In this document: positions 14,964-20,000 of the stretch, piece after piece
How the letters are laid out: each line of letters opens with the position of its first letter
Position numbering within the stretch: the stretch's first letter is position 1
Origin: an uncultured virus (IMG/VR IMGVR_UViG_3300025309_000012)
Taxonomy: Duplodnaviria; Heunggongvirae; Uroviricota; Caudoviricetes
Direction: 5' to 3' (one strand)
DNA length: 20,000 nucleotides
Virus record (IMG/VR): IMGVR_UViG_3300025309_000012
Program-made: the position numbers and the translations under genes
The notes under the pieces: model-generated
What the model was told of the DNA's origin: nothing
What the model saw: the letters and a program-made list of their open reading frames with translations, nothing else
Database searches by the model: none

Positions 14964-15737
14964 ATGAAAGTAAAATGTATTGATAACCAATGTTATCAGC
15001 ATCAATTAACAAGTGGTAAAGTTTACGATGTTGAGCCATATAATGAAGATGGAGTTAACTACTTCAAATTTACTGGAGATAATGGTAGAGAAAATTTACT
15101 CGCTTATCAAACCAGATTTGAAGTAGTTGAAAATGAAACTAAAATTAAGAAGGTTAAAACTATGAAAGTAAAATGTGTCGATAATAACGGCTGTAGTTTG
15201 TTGACAATAGGTAAAATTTATGAAGCATATCGATATGGAGATTTTTATCGTATAACTGATGATGAAGGTAAAGAAAATATGGGATATAATATAAGCAGAT
15301 TTGAAGTCGTTAAAGAAAAGGAGAAAGCCGTGAAAAAAGACAGAATTTATTTTAGAGACAATAAAGGCAATTTCTGTACTGCAAGGCAATTCTTTGCCGA
15401 AAGCAAGCAAATCAGCTCATTCATTACAACAAACGATTTCATCATTGCTGAAAGAACCTATAAAGAACTGTCAAAGAAATATGAAGACAATAAAGATAAG
15501 ATCGCATTGCTTGTTATTGGGGCCAGCAGTATTAGAGAAATTAGTTGCAGTGACAACAATTATCTTAATATTAGTTTCTATAAAAACGGTGAAGTTACCA
15601 TACAGTACAATGTAGATGCTAGTGGCGGATCAAGACTGGATATTCTTAATAGGGTGTATCAAAAGATAGAGTCTATTCTAAGCATTCAAAAAAGTTATAT
15701 GACACAATCAATTCAGACTTTTGTTTGCCTTGATTGA
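14964..15737 (+). CDS. protein with two tandem SH3-like (DUF6501-like) modules and a unique C-terminus
   Basis: Two KVKC.DN..LT.GK.Y....RFEVV repeats. Confidence 0.85.
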   Translation: MKVKCIDNQCYQHQLTSGKVYDVEPYNEDGVNYFKFTGDNGRENLLAYQTRFEVVENETKIKKVKTMKVKCVDNNGCSLLTIGKIYEAYRYGDFYRITDDEGKENMGYNISRFEVVKEKEKAVKKDRIYFRDNKGNFCTARQFFAESKQISSFITTNDFIIAERTYKELSKKYEDNKDKIALLVIGASSIREISCSDNNYLNISFYKNGEVTIQYNVDASGGSRLDILNRVYQKIESILSIQKSYMTQSIQTFVCLD

Positions 15738-15784
15738 TTATTGTTAGGGCATGTTATTAGCAGCATGCCCGATAGAGTAATCAA
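15734..15784 (+). other. intergenic long hairpin
   Basis: TTGATTA/TAATCAA outer stem and GGGCATG/CATGCCC inner stem; no U-tract. Confidence 0.6.
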
Positions 15785-15807
15785 AAACCTAAACAAAGGA
15801 TATTGCC

Positions 15808-17196
15808 ATGGATTTAACTAATTATGTAAAAGCCGGATTCCCTTTAATTTCTATTCAGACCGAAGAAATTAAAAGATGTATTAAATCTGTTTTTGTTAGC
15901 GAGCCTTTTAAAAAATATGCCTGGAATGCTTTGGAAGGGATAAAAGGGGAATATACAGGTGTTGAAGATGTTTTGAATTTTACAAAAAAGCTGAATAAAT
16001 CAATTATTTGCCTTGAAAATTTTAATTGGTTTTTAGGTAAAGAAGGAATTCAGCAAGCTATTTTAAACAATCTGGAAATGTATAAAAATAATCAAGTTTG
16101 TTTGATTATTATCGATAAGAACAAAATCAATCCGTTTTTTGATAAAATTAGCCACAAGCTTGATTTTGCCTTGCCTAAAGCCGATGAATTCAAACCTATT
16201 ATTGAAAACTTTGCCAAGCAAATCAATCAGATTCTTAGTAATAATGAAATAGATGTGATTGCCAAAAATCTTCTGGGCTTGAGCTTTGAAGAGGCCGAAA
16301 ATGCCATTGCTTTTGATACGGTTAGCAATGGCAGGATTGATGTTAAATCAGTTGGAAAAGCAAAGCAACAAATTATAAATAGTTCTGGTTTTATGACGAT
16401 TCAAGAACCTGAAAAAATAGAAAACATAGGCGGATTAGTGCCTTTAAAGCGTTATATAAAGGCAAGACTTAAAGCCTATGAACAAGGTAACAAACACATG
16501 CCTAAGCTTAAAGAACTGCTATTGGTAGGCATTCCAGGTGCGGGCAAAAGTTTGGTTGCTAAAGCACTTGCCAATATTTTTCAATTTCCTTTGATTTCTG
16601 CAAATATAGGGCAACTGAAAAATAGTCTTGTGGGTGAAACTGAAAAGAATACAAAAAGGTTCACAGATACGGTTGACAGTATAGGCAATGCCGTTATTTT
16701 ACTTGATGAAGTTGAAAAAATGTTTGGCAATGCCAATGATTCAGGAGTTAGTCAGGGACAAATGGGCCACTTCTTGACGTGGTTAAACGATAGGCAAAGT
16801 GAAGCTATTATTGTAGCTACAGCTAATAATCTGTCATCTTTGCCGCCCGAATTTTTAAGGGCTGGTAGGTGGGATTGTATCTTTTTTGTTGACTATCCTA
16901 ATCTTGAAGAAAGAAAGGAAATAATCAAGATTATGAACAAGAAACACAAAACTGGTTTAGATGAAAGTCTTGCCGAAAGACTTGAATTCTTTTCCGGAGC
17001 TGAGATTGAACAGCTCGCTAAAGACAGTCACTTTGATGATGTGGCCGAACTTATTAACAACATGCCAACACTATACAGAACACAAAAGGATAAAATAGAC
17101 GACATTAAAGCCAAGGGGAAAAACTATCGGAAAGCAAACAGCAATGTTATTTTTTGTAGTAGTGAAAATCAAAATTTTTCAAGAGTAATTAATTAA
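15808..17196 (+). CDS. AAA+ ATPase, Ycf46-like
   Basis: Degenerate N-terminal AAA domain; IGGL..LK; Walker A GIPGAGKS; Walker B ILLDEVEK; ATANNLSSLPPEFLRAGRWD second region of homology; FSGAEIEQ. Confidence 0.92.
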   Translation: MDLTNYVKAGFPLISIQTEEIKRCIKSVFVSEPFKKYAWNALEGIKGEYTGVEDVLNFTKKLNKSIICLENFNWFLGKEGIQQAILNNLEMYKNNQVCLIIIDKNKINPFFDKISHKLDFALPKADEFKPIIENFAKQINQILSNNEIDVIAKNLLGLSFEEAENAIAFDTVSNGRIDVKSVGKAKQQIINSSGFMTIQEPEKIENIGGLVPLKRYIKARLKAYEQGNKHMPKLKELLLVGIPGAGKSLVAKALANIFQFPLISANIGQLKNSLVGETEKNTKRFTDTVDSIGNAVILLDEVEKMFGNANDSGVSQGQMGHFLTWLNDRQSEAIIVATANNLSSLPPEFLRAGRWDCIFFVDYPNLEERKEIIKIMNKKHKTGLDESLAERLEFFSGAEIEQLAKDSHFDDVAELINNMPTLYRTQKDKIDDIKAKGKNYRKANSNVIFCSSENQNFSRVIN

Positions 17197-17207
17197 AAGG
17201 AGAAACT

Positions 17208-17504
17208 ATGACTGTAACGAAAGATCAGGTATTGAATAATTTAATTGATAATCAATTGCCAGGCGTTATCAAAATCATTGATAACGAATTGTCAAAGGTG
17301 CGAAGTAAAGTTTTCCCAGATAGAATTGTAGTAGGGTTGCAAGGAGAACTTGACATTGAGACAAGAAATAAAGTTGCTGATGAATACGTGAATAATGGCG
17401 GTTGGTGTGCGGTCAAACACAAGACTTCTTCAGAGTTAAAGGAAAAAGGAAACCTAACCGTCTTTGAATTCTATCTTTGTGCACTAGAGGAGATAAAGTT
17501 ATGA
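17208..17504 (+). CDS. hypothetical protein
   Basis: ORF track; AAAGGAG RBS. Confidence 0.8.
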   Translation: MTVTKDQVLNNLIDNQLPGVIKIIDNELSKVRSKVFPDRIVVGLQGELDIETRNKVADEYVNNGGWCAVKHKTSSELKEKGNLTVFEFYLCALEEIKL

Positions 17505-18160
17505 AAGTAAGATGTACTGACAATAGAAAATTTGAAATAGAGTTGACTGTAGGCAAAATTTATGAAGCGCGTGATGACGGAATGTATTATTCAATGGCTG
17601 ATAATAACGGAAATAAAATTATTGTTAGTCAAGCAAGGTTTCAGGTCATTAAAAACAAAGAAAAAGAAGAGGAAAAGACTATAAAAGTAAGATGTATTAA
17701 TAACATAAACTTTCAATCAAGCCTTACTTTTGGCAAAATTTATAATGTATGGGAAAATCATAGCAATAGTTATCGTTTTATTAATGATAAAGGTGAAGAG
17801 GGAAGTTGTTATAAATCAAGATTTGAAGTCGTTGAAAACGAAAAACAAGAGGAGAACGCCATGGATAAGAAGAGAGAATTTAATTTTGTGCTGCCTAGCG
17901 TTTGCGCATTTTCAAGGCAAGAATGGACTAACGATTTAAGTAAAGAAAATCCGCTTATTGTCTTTAGAGTTAATGGCTATACTGATTTTATGATCCATGA
18001 AAGTGTGGTTAAGAAAATCAATTATCTTAAACTCAGAATGCCCGAACTTACAAATACAGATCATGACATTTCGGTCCTAGCAGAATTTGTTAAGTCCGTT
18101 AAGGCTAAGAACTGGAATGATGAAAAAGCATGTGTCAAAATCGTTATTCCTAAAATCTGA
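17501..18160 (+). CDS. protein with two tandem SH3-like (DUF6501-like) modules and a unique C-terminus
   Basis: GAGGAG RBS before ATG 17501; two KVRC..N..LT.GKIY...RF.V repeats. Confidence 0.85.
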   Translation: MKVRCTDNRKFEIELTVGKIYEARDDGMYYSMADNNGNKIIVSQARFQVIKNKEKEEEKTIKVRCINNINFQSSLTFGKIYNVWENHSNSYRFINDKGEEGSCYKSRFEVVENEKQEENAMDKKREFNFVLPSVCAFSRQEWTNDLSKENPLIVFRVNGYTDFMIHESVVKKINYLKLRMPELTNTDHDISVLAEFVKSVKAKNWNDEKACVKIVIPKI

Positions 18161-18199
18161 CAATAACTGTAATGGCGTGAATTTTTTGGAGGCTAGTTT

Positions 18200-18409
18200 A
18201 TGAGAATTACTGAAACAGATGTTAAACTGGGTGCGGTAAAATTCTACCGTTTTGAATGCTTTATGTGTAATGGCTATAATCATGAAGAGGCTGAAACAAT
18301 TGAGGAACTCACCGCAAATCTGAATAGCAGCGGGTGGGAAGATACTCAAATAGGCGACAGTGTCGGCATATTTTGTCCAGAATGCATTGAGGATAGTTAT
18401 GGGTTATAA
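18200..18409 (+). CDS. small acidic zinc-ribbon protein
   Basis: CFMC...GW...FCPEC; GGAGG RBS. Confidence 0.8.
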   Translation: MRITETDVKLGAVKFYRFECFMCNGYNHEEAETIEELTANLNSSGWEDTQIGDSVGIFCPECIEDSYGL

Positions 18410-18740
18410 TTCTACAGTTATCATTATGAATGATTGTTTAAATGAAATCAGAAAAGATCAAAGGTTCGGTGAAAAAGTTAGTGATGCTATTTTAAAATTA
18501 AACACAACATTAAACAAAGGAATTGATATAAGTTCTGGTTATTGTTGTAATGCCGCAACTGTGGTTGACTGTCATCATGCAGACAACACGTCTTTAATTG
18601 CTGTAGGTGGTAATTGCGCAAGTGTAATTCCATATGTTGGAGGTTCTGCTCACCATACCATAGAATCACAAGAAAGAATTTTGCGAGAATGGGCAGATAG
18701 AATGGGATTCAGACTAGTTAAGAAAACAATTAAAAGGTGA
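18399..18740 (+). CDS. hypothetical phage protein (MGYNSTVIIMND...HHAD...VGGN)
   Basis: GAGG RBS favours ATG 18399 within track ORF 18360-18740. Confidence 0.8.
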   Translation: MGYNSTVIIMNDCLNEIRKDQRFGEKVSDAILKLNTTLNKGIDISSGYCCNAATVVDCHHADNTSLIAVGGNCASVIPYVGGSAHHTIESQERILREWADRMGFRLVKKTIKR

Positions 18741-18744
18741 AGTT

Positions 18745-19122
18745 ATGTATGAAATGGAATACAGGCACCTTATTCAAAAACGAGAAGATAGTTTAATCAC
18801 TGCTTTTAATTTAAATAATCTTCAAGACAGAACTCTGTTATATGGATACGATTGCGCAAGAATAACTCATCATGTTTATTTGAAGAATCGTAAAATATAT
18901 GCGGTGGTTTATGATTACAATAAAGAGTTGGTTATAAACAATATCCATAAAAATGAGGATTATGTTCCCAATAAAAGACTTTATCCGGCTAGATGTGATT
19001 TCGAATTTTGTTGTATTTTAAAAGATAAGGGCATATATTTACCTTTTACAACCTTTACTACAAGTGAAATGGGAGCTAAACCAGATGGTGTTTATTATGG
19101 CAGGATTTTAAATGAAAGTTAG
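18745..19122 (+). CDS. hypothetical phage protein (DRTLLYGY...PNKRLYPARCDFEFC...LPFT)
   Basis: ORF track; AGGTGA RBS. Confidence 0.8.
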   Translation: MYEMEYRHLIQKREDSLITAFNLNNLQDRTLLYGYDCARITHHVYLKNRKIYAVVYDYNKELVINNIHKNEDYVPNKRLYPARCDFEFCCILKDKGIYLPFTTFTTSEMGAKPDGVYYGRILNES

Positions 19123-20000
19123 TATTAAAATTTTAGACCCTACAACAATTCAGATCTTAGAAGGCCATGATATTGTCAAGAAATGCTTATCTTACCCTTC
19201 TGAGATCTGGATTCAAACGCAATTTAAAAAACAACGAAAGGAGATAATCAAAGATTTCGTATGGGGGAGAAAGGAGAAATATACCTATACAGGTTTTTTA
19301 CCAAGAATTGAAAAATATTGCCAGAAAAGAGGAATTGAATTTGTTGTTACAGGCAATATAAAGCCATTGCCATATCATGAAGTAAATTTGCCTGATTTTG
19401 AAATAAGAGAAATTCAAAATCAGGCAATAACTAAAATTCATGAACAGCAACGGGGAGTCATTAATTTTGCAACTGGAATAGGCAAGACCAAAACAGTTGC
19501 GGCTTTAATTAGCACTTATAACGATCCTTATGTGCTTTTTTTATGCAGGTCTAACGACTTAGTAAATCAAGCATATGATGTATTTACTGGTTTTGGATTC
19601 AGATGCTGCAAACTTGGTGACGGCAGTAAAGAAATTAGTGAAAAAATTGTGATTTCGACTGCTCAGACCTATAAAAACTTTGATTTAGTTGAACTTTCTG
19701 ATAGGTTTCAAATTCTAGTTGTTGATGAAGCACATATTGGATTCAAACCCAATAGTGAATATGAAAAAATCTGTCAATCATGCCTGGCCCCAATTAGAAT
19801 TGGATTGACAGCTACTTTGAGCCAAAAAATTGAAAATAGCTTGTTATTAGAAGGTTTAATTGGAGAGGTTTTAATTAAAGCCGATACGAGTTATGGAGTT
19901 GAGAACATGATATTGTCCAAACCAAGTATTGAACTTTTGGTTATACCTGAAAGCAAGAGTTTGAAAAAATACACAACGTATAAAGATATTTATAATTACG
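19112..20000 (+). CDS. SF2 DEAH-box helicase (UvsW/ResIII-like), truncated by the window end
   Basis: Hand-translated open frame: REIQNQA (Q motif), ATGIGKT (Walker A), VVDEAH (Walker B), GLTAT (motif III). Confidence 0.92.
   Translation, partial: MKVSIKILDPTTIQILEGHDIVKKCLSYPSEIWIQTQFKKQRKEIIKDFVWGRKEKYTYTGFLPRIEKYCQKRGIEFVVTGNIKPLPYHEVNLPDFEIREIQNQAITKIHEQQRGVINFATGIGKTKTVAALISTYNDPYVLFLCRSNDLVNQAYDVFTGFGFRCCKLGDGSKEISEKIVISTAQTYKNFDLVELSDRFQILVVDEAHIGFKPNSEYEKICQSCLAPIRIGLTATLSQKIENSLLLEGLIGEVLIKADTSYGVENMILSKPSIELLVIPESKSLKKYTTYKDIYNY

Noticed and set aside
8481..18669. Minus-strand and off-frame ORFs inside long + strand genes (e.g. 9595, 9904, 10864, 13781, 14128, 14177, 15096, 15394, 17730, 18077, 18487)
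   Set aside because: Shadow ORFs of real genes, with no RBS or recognisable motifs.
1..20000. Stop-codon reassignment, prompted by short ORFs, a tRNA and an RF-like remnant
   Set aside because: TAA, TAG and TGA all end genes directly before the next RBS, long genes are open in code 11, and the breaks are explained by frameshifts.

Overview
AT-rich segment of what is most likely a large tailed dsDNA phage genome; no structural genes are in the window. From left to right: (1) a short minus-strand block (tRNA-His, four small ORFs) with two sigma28/FliA-type promoters; (2) a divergent intergenic region with iteron-like repeats and GNA-loop hairpins in front of an HTH replication-initiator-like gene (putative origin); (3) small genes including an HNH-AP2 endonuclease that truncates a release-factor-like gene just before its expected GGQ motif; (4) a ~850 bp non-coding region with phased CCTAA-like repeats, an IHF site and a sigma54-like site (possible genome end or packaging region); (5) a long plus-strand early/middle gene array with many small hypotheticals, a DUF4942-type DNA methyltransferase, a HExxH lipoprotein, a pentapeptide-repeat protein, DUF932, three proteins sharing a repeated ~50 aa SH3-like module, a Ycf46-like AAA+ ATPase and a truncated SF2 helicase. 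The most notable observations are a ~770 bp bacterial-type P-loop ATPase fragment apparently replacing the middle of a phage gene, a frame-preserving 54 bp intragenic inversion between inverted repeats, two families of repeated intergenic motifs, and several single-base homopolymer frameshifts that may be sequencing artefacts. All family assignments are from motif recognition by eye, not database searches.
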